NCBI GenBank assembly: GCA_963758915.1
Contig: CAVWXH010000010.1
Coordinates: forward strand, 32,001-96,000
Source of the DNA: an uncultured Methanomicrobiales archaeon
Lineage (GTDB): Archaea > Halobacteriota > Methanomicrobia > Methanomicrobiales > Methanospirillaceae
Direction of reading: 5' to 3'
Length of the DNA stretch: 64,000 nt
The notes below the pieces were generated by a model. That model searched no databases. It saw only the letters and a list, made by a program, of their open reading frames with translations, and was not told the origin of the DNA. Shown in pieces: positions 22,302-32,039 of this stretch. A program made the translations under genes and the position numbers. The first letter of the stretch is position 1. Every line of letters begins with the position of its first letter.

Positions 22302-22529
22302 GGTTTTGTTGCATTAATGGTTTTGTTGTAACCCTTTCAAATTTATCTCTAAATTAGGGTATTCCAAAATTTTATCACGCCCCCGGGCTCCACCCCGTCG
22401 CTCTGGCGACCCCGGTCGGGATAAGGAATGATCTCCAACTCTCTGAAAGTTCCTTGGATGTCCCAATTGAACCCTGCCAATGAATTTCTTATCGGGGGTG
22501 GGGGAGGGTGGGGTGAAACGCCCCTGTCT
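22302..22529 (-). mobile_element. internally deleted copy 3 of the dispersed repeat (reverse orientation)
   Basis: Revcomp of core GAGATCATTCCTTATCCC-ACCGGGGTCGCCA; TIR-like GGTTTTGTTG at 22302 and 22319. Confidence 0.78.
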
Positions 22530-22596
22530 TTCGCAGCAGGTCAGCATGCAAAATTTGATATTTTGGATGTATTACATAGTATCAGGGGATCACACA

Positions 22597-22890
22597 ATGG
22601 TGGGTGAAGTGATAGAGGCAGGGATGCGGGTACGCTATACAGGGACCGGAACCACAGGGACGGTACTCCGGTTTGAGCGGCAGGAGGGGAAAGAATATGC
22701 AGAACTCGATTCAACACACCTTCTTTACCTGACTGATAAACTTGTCCCGGTTGAGACTCATATCGAGAAGAAATTCCAGAAAAGAGAAGATATTAAGAAG
22801 ACAATTGAAGAAGAGAGAGAGTTTATTTCAGGCTCAGCGTTTCAGGAATCGCTTAAAAACATCGATCAGAGTTGTGAAGGTGGCGGGTAA
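22597..22890 (+). CDS. conserved methanogen protein (DUF2098-like)
   Basis: VRYTGTGTTG, C-terminal CEGGG; the longer ORF extension lies in the repeat. Confidence 0.75.
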   Translation: MVGEVIEAGMRVRYTGTGTTGTVLRFERQEGKEYAELDSTHLLYLTDKLVPVETHIEKKFQKREDIKKTIEEEREFISGSAFQESLKNIDQSCEGGG

Positions 22891-23144
22891 CCTCCCCCGG
22901 ATTTTTTTCCGGTCCCGGGACGATGCCGGATTTTAAGTCTCCACATTTTTTTTGCTTATATCTTCTTGGATATCCGAACATATGATCATCATGTAACCGG
23001 ATTTTTAATACCCGGAAGATCCGGGTTAATCTGGTTGAAACAGTGGAAAAAATAATCTTTTGAGAGCAACCGGAGAATGAATTGGTTTTACTGATTACGT
23101 ATAAGTAGGATCATTATATATTCAATAGGGAGGTTTGATCACAT

Positions 23145-24380
23145 TTGCGTGATGTAACAATTCCAAGTGTCAACATAGGGGTTGTCGGACATGTGGACCA
23201 TGGGAAGACAACTCTTGTGTATGGGCTCACTGACACCTGGACGGATCGGCATAGCGAAGAGATAAAACGCGGTATCTCGATCCGTCTCGGATATGCAGAT
23301 GTGACGTTCTATAAATGTTCCGGGTGTGAAGGATCTGATGCATTTTCTCCAAAACCGGTATGTCCGGTATGCGGGTCCAAAGCGGTACCATTCCGTTCTG
23401 TTTCGTTTGTCGATGCACCGGGACACGAGACCCTGATGGCGACCATGCTTTCCGGGTCAGCCCTGATGGACGGTGCAATGCTCGTTATTGCCGCAAACGA
23501 GGTCTGCCCGCAGCCGCAGACGAAAGAGCACCTCATGGCGCTCGAGCTGGTGGGAATTAAGAACATTGTCATCGTCCAGAACAAGATCGATGTGGTCAGC
23601 GCAAAAGAGGCGAGGGCCCATTATGACCAGATTAAAAAATTTATCAAGGGGACTATCGCTGAAAATGCCCCGATAATCCCAGTATCTGCCCAGAAGGGCA
23701 TTAATATCGGGGGATTGGTTGAAGCACTGGACCAGACAATTCCAGAACCCGAACGTGACCCCGAGGCAAAGCCGATGATGCTGATTGCACGGTCCTTTGA
23801 TATCAATAAGCCCGGTTGTAACTGGAGAGAAGTAAAGGGCGGGGTTATCGGGGGTTCACTTATCCGTGGGGAGTTCAAGGAGGGCGATGACATCGAGATC
23901 CGCCCCGGACGGCAGAAACAGGTCGAGAACCGGATACGTTGGGACCCGGTTGAAACAAAAATCACCTCGATCAACGCCGGCTCCAAGAAAGTGCTGGAGG
24001 CATCGCCCGGGGGGCTTCTCGGGATAGCCACCAAATTAGACCCTGCTCTTACGAAAAGTGATGCACTGGCAGGCCAGGTCGCAGGTCACGTGGGATCCCT
24101 GCCCCCGGTCTGGGATAAGCTAAAATTCCGTGTCATGCTGATGGAGCGTGTGGTAGGGGCGACAAGCGAGTTATCGATCGAACCATTAAAACACAATGAA
24201 CCACTGATGCTCTCGGTAGGAACTGCGGTGACCGTCGGTATCGTGACCAACACCAAGAAAGATGCGGTCGAAGTGACCCTGAAGAGGCCGGTATGTGCAG
24301 AACTGGGTGGAAGAATTGCGATCAGCCGGCAGGTGGGGGCGAGATGGCGGTTGATCGGGATGGGAATCCTCACAGAGTGA
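23145..24380 (+). CDS. eif2g: translation initiation factor aIF-2 gamma
   Basis: GHVDHGKT, RGISIRLGY, Zn ribbon, DAPGH, WRLIG; TTG start. Confidence 0.97.
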   Translation: MRDVTIPSVNIGVVGHVDHGKTTLVYGLTDTWTDRHSEEIKRGISIRLGYADVTFYKCSGCEGSDAFSPKPVCPVCGSKAVPFRSVSFVDAPGHETLMATMLSGSALMDGAMLVIAANEVCPQPQTKEHLMALELVGIKNIVIVQNKIDVVSAKEARAHYDQIKKFIKGTIAENAPIIPVSAQKGINIGGLVEALDQTIPEPERDPEAKPMMLIARSFDINKPGCNWREVKGGVIGGSLIRGEFKEGDDIEIRPGRQKQVENRIRWDPVETKITSINAGSKKVLEASPGGLLGIATKLDPALTKSDALAGQVAGHVGSLPPVWDKLKFRVMLMERVVGATSELSIEPLKHNEPLMLSVGTAVTVGIVTNTKKDAVEVTLKRPVCAELGGRIAISRQVGARWRLIGMGILTE

Positions 24381-24757
24381 TAGTCCTCCTGGATACCAAT
24401 GCACTGATGATGCCGTCACAGTTCAGGATAGACCTGTTCGAAGAGTTGAGGGAACTCCTTGGCTCCTATGAACCGGTTGTCCTTGCCGAAGTGGTGAATG
24501 AACTGATGCGCCTGTCCGCAGGACATGGGAAAGATGCCGCGGCCGCAAGGCTTGGTCTTGAAATGTCCCGGAAGTGTACCCTCGCGGAGAGTGGATCAGA
24601 CGAAGGTACTGTGGATGAGAGGATTTCAGCCTATGCCGGACGACACAGGGGTATGGTGCTGACAAACGACCGCGCACTCCGGAACCAGCTGCTCACTCAA
24701 AGAATTCCGGTAATATCACTAAAAAATCAGAAAAAACTCGATGTAATAAGGAGATAA
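24377..24757 (+). CDS. PIN-domain nuclease (Fcf1/Utp24-like)
   Basis: LLDTNALM, TNDRAL; usual position after aIF2 gamma. Confidence 0.88.
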   Translation: MIVLLDTNALMMPSQFRIDLFEELRELLGSYEPVVLAEVVNELMRLSAGHGKDAAAARLGLEMSRKCTLAESGSDEGTVDERISAYAGRHRGMVLTNDRALRNQLLTQRIPVISLKNQKKLDVIRR

Positions 24758-24763
24758 TGGATT

Positions 24764-25351
24764 ATGTATTACAGGATGAAGCTCAGCGATAAGGTGAGAG
24801 TACCTCCTCACCGCCTTGGCGAAGCACTTGATAAGGTAATTCTCGATGTCCTCCAGGAACAGCTCGAGGGTAGTATCGACAAGGAGATCGGGATCTTTAT
24901 CGGCGTAACAAAGGTGCTGACTATCGGTGAAGGGGAAATAATTCCCGGAGATGGTGCTGTATTCTACGACGTCGTTTTTGAAGCCATGGTCCTCCGGTTA
25001 TCACTCCAGGAGGTCATGGAGGGACTTGTTGTCGAGACCACCAGTTTTGGGGCATTTGTTAGCCTCGGGCCAATCGATGCGATGCTCCATGTCAGCCAGA
25101 TATCAGACGAATATATCAGTTTCGACGAGAAGAACTCACGACTGATCTGCCAGGAATCAAAGAGATTTATTGCGGTCGGTGAACCCATCCGCAGCCGTCT
25201 GGTAACACTCAGCCTCAACGAGAGGGAGCCAAGGGACAGCAAGATCGGGCTTACTATGAGGCAGTCAGGTCTTGGGACCGGCGTATGGCTGGAAGACGAT
25301 ATGAACAAGGAGAAGGAGAAGGAAAAGGGTGGCGAACGTGGTAGCCAGTAG
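24764..25351 (+). CDS. rpoE1: RNA polymerase subunit E' (Rpo7)
   Basis: VRVPP, FGAFV, LHVSQI, KIGLTMRQ. Confidence 0.96.
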   Translation: MYYRMKLSDKVRVPPHRLGEALDKVILDVLQEQLEGSIDKEIGIFIGVTKVLTIGEGEIIPGDGAVFYDVVFEAMVLRLSLQEVMEGLVVETTSFGAFVSLGPIDAMLHVSQISDEYISFDEKNSRLICQESKRFIAVGEPIRSRLVTLSLNEREPRDSKIGLTMRQSGLGTGVWLEDDMNKEKEKEKGGERGSQ

Positions 25352-25544
25352 CAGGAAAAAGCATGGTAATGTCTGCCGTGAATGCCACCGGGTGGTTGAA
25401 GGCGAAGCCTGCGCGGTGTGCGGTTCGGGGAACCTGAGTTCCGACTGGACGGGCTATCTTGTCATTATTGACCCTGAACGGTCAGAGATCTCTAAAAAGA
25501 TGAATATCAAGCTTCCTGGGAAATATGCATTGAAGGTCAGGTAA
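25338..25544 (+). CDS. spt4: transcription elongation factor Spt4 (RpoE'')
   Basis: CRECH...CAVCGS, WTGYLVIIDP, PGKYALKVR. Confidence 0.95.
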   Translation: MVASSRKKHGNVCRECHRVVEGEACAVCGSGNLSSDWTGYLVIIDPERSEISKKMNIKLPGKYALKVR

Positions 25545-26047
25545 TGCTAATCCTTCCAGAGGAGCGGAGAAAATTTTTCAAAGTACCTTTTGGAATTCTT
25601 TATCCTGACATTGCTGACATTATTCCGCTAATCAAAGGAAAAAAGGTATACACGGTTGGGGATGTGGTCACGCACCGTCTCCTCCAGCATGGGATAACAC
25701 CTGATATCGCGATCATCGACGGGCATACCATGAGATCCCCGTGTGACAGGACGCCCGTCCTCTTCGACCACTGCATCCGGGTAAAAAATCCTCCCGGTTC
25801 GCTATCTGATGAACTGATTGAGGGGCTGAACGAGGCCCTCAGGCATCCGCAGGTAATGATCTATGTTGATGGTGAGGAAGACCTCGCGGTGATTCCCCTC
25901 GTTATCGCTTCAAATGAAGGTTCCGTCATTTTGTATGGGCAACCCCGTGAGGGTGTCGTATTCCGCCTGGTTGACAGGGAAGCAAAGGAGAAGGCCCGGG
26001 ATATGCTGACCCATTTTATTAAAGACCCACAAAAAATAGTTGAATGA
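25544..26047 (+). CDS. GTP-dependent dephospho-CoA kinase (DUF359)
   Basis: VGDVVT, NPPG, GEEDL, YGQP. Confidence 0.9.
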   Translation: MLILPEERRKFFKVPFGILYPDIADIIPLIKGKKVYTVGDVVTHRLLQHGITPDIAIIDGHTMRSPCDRTPVLFDHCIRVKNPPGSLSDELIEGLNEALRHPQVMIYVDGEEDLAVIPLVIASNEGSVILYGQPREGVVFRLVDREAKEKARDMLTHFIKDPQKIVE

Positions 26048-26137
26048 TAAAATAGTGATTTCCAGCCATTTTTTGTTCCCCATGAACGTCATGATCATGT
26101 TTTAAATAAAGTCGTTACCTATAATTAGAGGATATCG

Positions 26138-26434
26138 ATGGAGTTTGAGATAACGAAGGATAAGAGAAACGAGCTTCTCATGAGGAGAGAACTCAATTTC
26201 GTCCTCCGATACGATGGTGCTACCCCCTCAAGGATGCAAATCACCGGTAAATTATCAGCACTTCTCAACACAAATGAGAAGCAGATGGTAATCGATTCAT
26301 TAAAGACCGGTTTCGGAAAGATGGAACTCACAGGCATGGCCCGGATATATGATAACGAAGAGACAAAGGTGAAAACCGAGCGACAATTCCTGATGACCCG
26401 CGGGATGCCAAAACCGAAGGAAGAGGCTGCATAA
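26138..26434 (+). CDS. rps24e: 30S ribosomal protein S24e
   Basis: [18 protein letters not shown]. Confidence 0.95.
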   Translation: MEFEITKDKRNELLMRRELNFVLRYDGATPSRMQITGKLSALLNTNEKQMVIDSLKTGFGKMELTGMARIYDNEETKVKTERQFLMTRGMPKPKEEAA

Positions 26435-26436
26435 TC

Positions 26437-26619
26437 ATGGCAGCGAAAAAAGCCAAGGAATCAAAGGCAGCCAAACGCGGTTCATACTACAAAGTCGAAG
26501 GTGACAAGGTCACAACTGACAAGAAATACTGCCCAAGGTGCGGTCCCGGAATTATTATGGCCGGGCACAAAGATCGCGCTGCCTGTGGAAAATGTGGCTA
26601 TACCGAATTTGCAAAATAA
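26437..26619 (+). CDS. rps27ae: 30S ribosomal protein S27ae
   Basis: CPRCGPG...CGKCGYTEF. Confidence 0.96.
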   Translation: MAAKKAKESKAAKRGSYYKVEGDKVTTDKKYCPRCGPGIIMAGHKDRAACGKCGYTEFAK

Positions 26620-26625
26620 GATTAG

Positions 26626-28209
26626 ATGCCTGTTTTTGGGCCGGTTCTGGGGATTGAAGGCACTGCCTGGAATCTCAGTGCCGCTGTTTTTGATACGTCT
26701 CTCCGGGCTATTCGTTCCCGTCCCTATAAGCCTGCACAGGGGGGTATTCACCCGAGGGAAGCCGCCCAGCACCACGCATCGGAGATGAAATCGGTCATCT
26801 CTGGGGTTCTTGAGGACTTTGGTGATACGTCAGGGATTGAGGGGGTTGCATTTTCTATCGGCCCCGGTCTTGGACCGTGTCTCCGGACCGTTGCTACCGC
26901 ATCACGTTCGCTTTCCATGGCGCTGGGTGTCCCGCTTGTAGGGGTGAACCATTGTGTCGCGCATGTTGAGATTGGAAGGTATGCAACCGGCTGCAATGAC
27001 CCGGTCACCCTGTATGCCAGCGGGGCGAATACCCAGGTAATCGGGTACCTGAAATCCCGCTACCGCATTTTTGGTGAAACCCTTGATATCGGGCTTGGCA
27101 ATGCTCTGGACAAGTTTGCAAGGAGTAAAGGACTCCCGCATCCGGGAGGGCCTGTTATCGAGGAACTTGCCGGAAAAGGGAGTTACATCGAACTGCCTTA
27201 TACGGTGAAAGGGATGGACCTGGCATTCTCGGGCCTTGTAAGCGCAGCGAAAGAGAGCCGGGGGGCAATTGAAGACGTCTGTAACGGTCTCCAGGAGACT
27301 GCATTTGCCATGTGTGTAGAGGTGACCGAACGGGCGCTGGCACATAGCGGGAAAAACGAAGTGCTTCTGGTCGGCGGTGTCGGGGCGAACAGGCGACTTC
27401 GCGATATGTTGCAGGTAATGGCAGAAGAGAGGGGTGCATCCTTTCATGTGCCTGATACAGGGTTCCTGGGGGATAATGGCGCCATGATCGCATACACGGG
27501 CAGGGTAATGCTTGAGCATGGTGTCAGTACCCCTCTTGCCTCCTCCCATGTCAACCCCTCCTTCCGGGTTGACCAGGTCGATGTTGTATGGAGGTCTGGT
27601 GAGACGGTTCTGCCAATACCCGTTCAAAAGGGCGGACGCACCACCGCAATCGGAGCCGAGGCCATGGTAACAATTGGCAGGGACGAGGTCTGTAAAGAAC
27701 GGGGGGGGAAAAGTTACCGGTCCCCGGGCCTCGACCGGCAGCTCATCCGCGAACGCACCCGCACTGAGGCACGTCTCATCTCAATGGCGAGAAGGGCAGG
27801 GGTACCAACGCCTGTTATCAGGGACATCACTGAGAATTCCATCCTGATGGAAAAAATTGAAGGCCCGATGCTCAAGGAATGCCTTGAGCCAGACCTCGTC
27901 TGCGAGGCCGGGATGATGGTCGGTCGTCTTCACCGGGCGGGAATCATCCACGGTGACCTTACAACGAGTAATATCCTGGTTCGTGACGGCCGGTGTATAC
28001 TGATTGATTTTGGTCTTGCACAGGTGTCCTCAGAGGTTGAACCGCGGGGTGTCGATATTCACGTATTTTTCCAGACCCTGGAAAGCATGGTTGAGAACCA
28101 CGAAGAACTCCGGCAGCGCTTTATTGAGGGGTACTCAGTGGAATTTGACCATGCCGGCGAGGTCGTTGACCGTGAACAGGAGATCCTGCAGAGAGGGCGA
28201 TATTTATGA
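26626..28209 (+). CDS. kae1: bifunctional Kae1/Bud32 (KEOPS t6A synthase and kinase)
   Basis: GIEGTA, HCVAH, DNGAMIA, then kinase HGDLTTSN and IDFG. Confidence 0.96.
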   Translation: MPVFGPVLGIEGTAWNLSAAVFDTSLRAIRSRPYKPAQGGIHPREAAQHHASEMKSVISGVLEDFGDTSGIEGVAFSIGPGLGPCLRTVATASRSLSMALGVPLVGVNHCVAHVEIGRYATGCNDPVTLYASGANTQVIGYLKSRYRIFGETLDIGLGNALDKFARSKGLPHPGGPVIEELAGKGSYIELPYTVKGMDLAFSGLVSAAKESRGAIEDVCNGLQETAFAMCVEVTERALAHSGKNEVLLVGGVGANRRLRDMLQVMAEERGASFHVPDTGFLGDNGAMIAYTGRVMLEHGVSTPLASSHVNPSFRVDQVDVVWRSGETVLPIPVQKGGRTTAIGAEAMVTIGRDEVCKERGGKSYRSPGLDRQLIRERTRTEARLISMARRAGVPTPVIRDITENSILMEKIEGPMLKECLEPDLVCEAGMMVGRLHRAGIIHGDLTTSNILVRDGRCILIDFGLAQVSSEVEPRGVDIHVFFQTLESMVENHEELRQRFIEGYSVEFDHAGEVVDREQEILQRGRYL

Positions 28210-28751
28210 AACTGCTTGTCGTAACGAGTAACCCCCACAAGGCTGACGAGATCAGGTCCTATTTCGGGGCTGGTATAGAGGTGGAAGATGTCCGGCTCGA
28301 ATGCCCGGAGTGCCGCCATGATGACGTCGCAGAGATCGCACGCTATAAAGCGGAATTTGCCTGGAGTAAACTTAATAGCCCCCTGATCGTGGATGACACG
28401 GCATTCTGTATTGATTCGCTGTCAGGGTTCCCGGGTCCGTATGCGGCCTACGTGTTCTATACAATCGGTAACGAGGGGATCCTCAGGCTAACTGAAGGAA
28501 AAGGCAGGGACGCCCATTTCGAAACTGCAATTGCCTACGCGGATTCGTCGGGGATCAGGGTCTTCCGCGGTGTGTTACCAGGCTGCATCGTTGAACCCCG
28601 TGGGAGGGAAGGGTTTGGGTATGATCCAATTTTTGAATGGAACGGCCGGACCCTGGCAGAAATCCCGCTTGATGAGAAGAGCAGGATATCCCACCGGGCA
28701 TTAGCCCTCAGGGAATTACATGCCTGGCTGCTCGCAGGAGGCTACTTATGA
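28206..28751 (+). CDS. rdgB: non-canonical purine NTP pyrophosphatase (RdgB/HAM1)
   Basis: TSNPHK, GFPGPY, GFGYDPIF, SHR. Confidence 0.95.
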   Translation: MKLLVVTSNPHKADEIRSYFGAGIEVEDVRLECPECRHDDVAEIARYKAEFAWSKLNSPLIVDDTAFCIDSLSGFPGPYAAYVFYTIGNEGILRLTEGKGRDAHFETAIAYADSSGIRVFRGVLPGCIVEPRGREGFGYDPIFEWNGRTLAEIPLDEKSRISHRALALRELHAWLLAGGYL

Positions 28752-28828
28752 AGTGGTTTCCCACAACGGTTAAGTGGAAAGAGAGCTTTGTTTATAAGAC
28801 AGAATAAATCTGGAATGTGGTGTAGAAA

Positions 28829-28975
28829 ATGGCAAGATTTCCTGAAGCAGAAGCCCGCCTTCTTAATGTAAAAATTTGTATGCGCTGTAATGCAAGGAAT
28901 GCAATTCGTGCAACACAGTGCCGAAAATGCGGGTACCAGAATCTGCGCCCGAAGAACAAAGAGCGAAAAGCCTGA
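28829..28975 (+). CDS. rpl40e: 50S ribosomal protein L40e (not in ORF track)
   Basis: Manual translation [48 protein letters not shown]. Confidence 0.95.
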   Translation: MARFPEAEARLLNVKICMRCNARNAIRATQCRKCGYQNLRPKNKERKA

Positions 28976-28976
28976 T

Positions 28977-29627
28977 TCAGGCGCTATAGAACGTCACTCT
29001 TTTTCCTTTCTGGGCGTATTCCCCTTTAAAAGTTTCAATGTTACGCTTGTAACCCAGCCTGTCCGCGAACCCGAGGCTACGCAACTCTTCACGTACCCGC
29101 ATGACTTCTGCCTCGTCCTGCCAGTCGGCAGTATAGACATAGATCACTTTCATCTGGTCTCTTGAGTCTGGGTTAGGTTTTGCCGTGCTGACCTTGGCAG
29201 AGATCCCCAGAATATTTTCACATGTGGCGTCCCGAACCTTCCTCCACGCATCGTCAACCTGGTCCGGGGGGAGGAAAATGAGCCATTTCCCGGCAAGCTC
29301 GTCTTCAATTGCTTCAGGTGCAATTTCCGGGGCTTCCTGGATAATCCAGTACATCTGTGTCGTCCTGGACGGGACTACCCCCTCTCCCCCGGTTATCATC
29401 TCATATATCGGATCAATTCCCCCGTATTTCACCAGGAGAGCTTCGGCAAGCTGTGGGTACTCATCCCGGAACCGGGAAAAAAAAGCGATAAAATGGTCTT
29501 TGAAGTCGATGTTCTTTTCGACCAGCTGGAACAGGTAGTTCCTCTCCGCGCGGAGCTCTTTATTCAATGCCAGCTCGAAGAGTCCGTACGCCACATCAGC
29601 CAGTGCTTCAGGTTCGACTTCCGCCAT
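28977..29627 (-). CDS. DUF1917-like protein (eIF4E-like fold C-terminal domain)
   Basis: GKWLIF, AW, AKVST, VIYVYT, YK pattern. Confidence 0.75.
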   Translation of the reverse strand: MAEVEPEALADVAYGLFELALNKELRAERNYLFQLVEKNIDFKDHFIAFFSRFRDEYPQLAEALLVKYGGIDPIYEMITGGEGVVPSRTTQMYWIIQEAPEIAPEAIEDELAGKWLIFLPPDQVDDAWRKVRDATCENILGISAKVSTAKPNPDSRDQMKVIYVYTADWQDEAEVMRVREELRSLGFADRLGYKRNIETFKGEYAQKGKRVTFYSA

Positions 29628-29811
29628 GGTTATCCGTCCGATGTCGTGTGAAAAAAAGGTTCTGTTTGGTGTCTCATATATCCTTCCATCGGAGTCCCGT
29701 GATCCTATTAATACCGGGTCATCAGTTATGGGGGCAGTTCATCCGGATTCCGCGCGGTATTTTTGCCATTGTCGAATGTTTTAAGAGTAGCAGGGACAAC
29801 GTGTACAGGTT

Positions 29812-30693
29812 ATGAAATGGAAAAGAGACTGGGGTCTGACGAGCAGGGTCATATTAACCATGTTCCTGCTGTTTGTAGTATACCTGGTTTTCATTGCAGT
29901 ACTTCTGGCGCTGGGTATCTCAATGTCATTTATGATCCTTATCGTAGTGGTCATGGCATTTATCCAGTACTTCTTCTCAGATAAACTGGTACTCTGGTCG
30001 ACCGGTTCAAGGGTTATCCATGAAGATGAGTACCCGGAACTGCACCAGACCGTGGAAAAACTCTGTAAAGAGGCAGACCTGCCGAAACCAAGGATAGCGA
30101 TTATGCAGAGTCCCGTGCCCAATGCATTTGCTACCGGAAGGAGCCCTAAACATGCCGTTGTCGCCTGCACGGATTCCATCATGCGGCTGCTGTCAAAAGA
30201 TGAACTCGAAGCGGTGCTCGCACACGAACTGTCACATGTAAAAAACCGTGATGTCCTTACCATGACCATTGCCAGTTTTATTGCCATGCTTGCTGCAATA
30301 ATCATGCAGAATTTCCTCTTCGCATCGTTATTCAGCAGGCGCGGGGATGGTGCCGGGGCGTGGATTATCGCCGGAATTGTGGCGGCAGTTGTCTGGTTTA
30401 TCGCAACACTTCTCATGATGGCGCTTTCAAGGTACCGCGAGTTTGCGGCTGATCGGGGTAGCGCATATATCACGAATAACCCGCAGGCCCTGATATCTGC
30501 ACTGAAAAAAATCAGCGGGAGGATGGACGTTATCCCGCCCGAGGCGAAAGCAAAAATTGAAGGTTCGAATGCTTTCTTCATTATCCCAGCACTTTCCGGC
30601 AATAAGTTCCTGGAATTGTTCTCGACCCACCCACCACTTGAAAAACGAATCGCGAACCTTGAAATGGTAGAAGAAGAACTCAGATCCGCATAA
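29812..30693 (+). CDS. htpX: zinc metalloprotease HtpX
   Basis: PNAFATG, HELSH, REFAAD, STHPPLEKRI, TM helices. Confidence 0.95.
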   Translation: MKWKRDWGLTSRVILTMFLLFVVYLVFIAVLLALGISMSFMILIVVVMAFIQYFFSDKLVLWSTGSRVIHEDEYPELHQTVEKLCKEADLPKPRIAIMQSPVPNAFATGRSPKHAVVACTDSIMRLLSKDELEAVLAHELSHVKNRDVLTMTIASFIAMLAAIIMQNFLFASLFSRRGDGAGAWIIAGIVAAVVWFIATLLMMALSRYREFAADRGSAYITNNPQALISALKKISGRMDVIPPEAKAKIEGSNAFFIIPALSGNKFLELFSTHPPLEKRIANLEMVEEELRSA

Positions 30694-30888
30694 TTATTTT
30701 TACAATATCTCTTTTCCGGGAACTCATTACGGCAACAGTCCCGTGTCAGTTATGCCGGAGGCGGAAATCTCTCACTATCGTGGCACGGCCATATCCAAAA
30801 AATTAGAAGCACGTCCGGCTGGATTTTTCGTGAGCAGAACAAAAATAATAAAGGGGGTTACCTCAATAATAAGAAGGCACATTGATTC

Positions 30889-30959
30889 GCATCGATGGTC
30901 TAGAGGTATGACTTAGGCCTTCCAAGCCTATAGCCCGGGTTCGATTCCCGGTCGATGCA
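30889..30959 (+). tRNA. tRNA-Gly(TCC)
   Basis: Acceptor GCATCGA/TCGATGC, anticodon arm TAGGC-CT TCC AA-GCCTA, TTCGATT loop. Confidence 0.95.
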
Positions 30960-30965
30960 TTTTCT

Positions 30966-31039
30966 GGGCTCGTGGTCTAGCTGGTTATGACGTCGCCTTC
31001 ACACGGCGAAGATCTCGTGTTCGAATCACGACGAGCCCA
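30966..31039 (+). tRNA. tRNA-Val(CAC)
   Basis: Acceptor GGGCTCG/CGAGCCC, anticodon arm TCGCC-TT CAC AC-GGCGA, TTCGAAT loop. Confidence 0.95.
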
Positions 31040-31095
31040 TCCTGTTTTTTCGATAATGGAAAGTACAATGGTGTTTCCTGAAGTGTACTATACAA

Positions 31096-31974
31096 ATGGC
31101 TAATATTCATAAGGACAAAAACAACTTATTACCTATGGGTACCTGGCGATTATCACGAGCGGCAATCCTGGTGCTGGTTGTAGTGGTATCCCTTCAGCCG
31201 GTCATTGCTGATACCTCCTTTGAGGGGGCAGTATTACTGGCACAGAAAGGAGACCTCTCCTATAGCGCAGGCATGTATGCGGAGGCCCTGGCCGCCTACA
31301 CTGCCTCCGTTGAACAGGACCCCTATAACAGCATTGTCTGGAATAAACTCGGGATGACACAGGACCAGCTTGGCAATTACGCGGGTGCAGTGGATTCTTT
31401 TGATCATGCCATCAAACTAGACCCGTATTTTGGAAATGCATGGGTGAATAAGGGGGATGCGCTAAGAAATCTGGGTAAAACCGGGGATGCGATTGAGGTG
31501 TATGACCGTGCCATTGCAATTAACCCAAATGATCTCCGTGCTCTGGTCAACAGAGGGGAGAATCTGCAGGACCTGGGAAAGCAGGAAGAGGCACAGAAAG
31601 TCTTTAACGAAGTAATCAGGATATCAGACAAGGAAATCCGTTCACATCCCAATGATGCGAAATACGACGCCGGACTGTGGTCCTACAGGGCTATGGCATT
31701 CACGAAACTGGGAAGGTACAGGGAAGCTCTCCAGTCGTATGACCAGGCGCTGACGATAGACCCAAAGCATATTGACGCACTAAAAAACAAACAGGCACTC
31801 TTACGAACACTGGATTCGATTGGGAACGTATCATTACCACAACCTGTGCCAACGACAGGAACTGCGGGCCTGCGGCCGACCAAAAAACCAGCACCTTTAA
31901 TGCCTTATGTTCCGGCCCTTGGTGTCATTGTCCTGGCGGTCTGGTTTGGTTACGTTAAACGCCGGCATCCCTGA
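31096..31974 (+). CDS. exported TPR-repeat protein with C-terminal membrane anchor
   Basis: Signal-like N-terminus, several TPR units, P/T linker, TM helix, KRR tail. Confidence 0.85.
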   Translation: MANIHKDKNNLLPMGTWRLSRAAILVLVVVVSLQPVIADTSFEGAVLLAQKGDLSYSAGMYAEALAAYTASVEQDPYNSIVWNKLGMTQDQLGNYAGAVDSFDHAIKLDPYFGNAWVNKGDALRNLGKTGDAIEVYDRAIAINPNDLRALVNRGENLQDLGKQEEAQKVFNEVIRISDKEIRSHPNDAKYDAGLWSYRAMAFTKLGRYREALQSYDQALTIDPKHIDALKNKQALLRTLDSIGNVSLPQPVPTTGTAGLRPTKKPAPLMPYVPALGVIVLAVWFGYVKRRHP

Positions 31975-32039
31975 AAAATAGTCTCGTTAACAATACAGGT
32001 CCTTTTTAAAAATTATACGTCATAGGTGAGAGGGATCTT

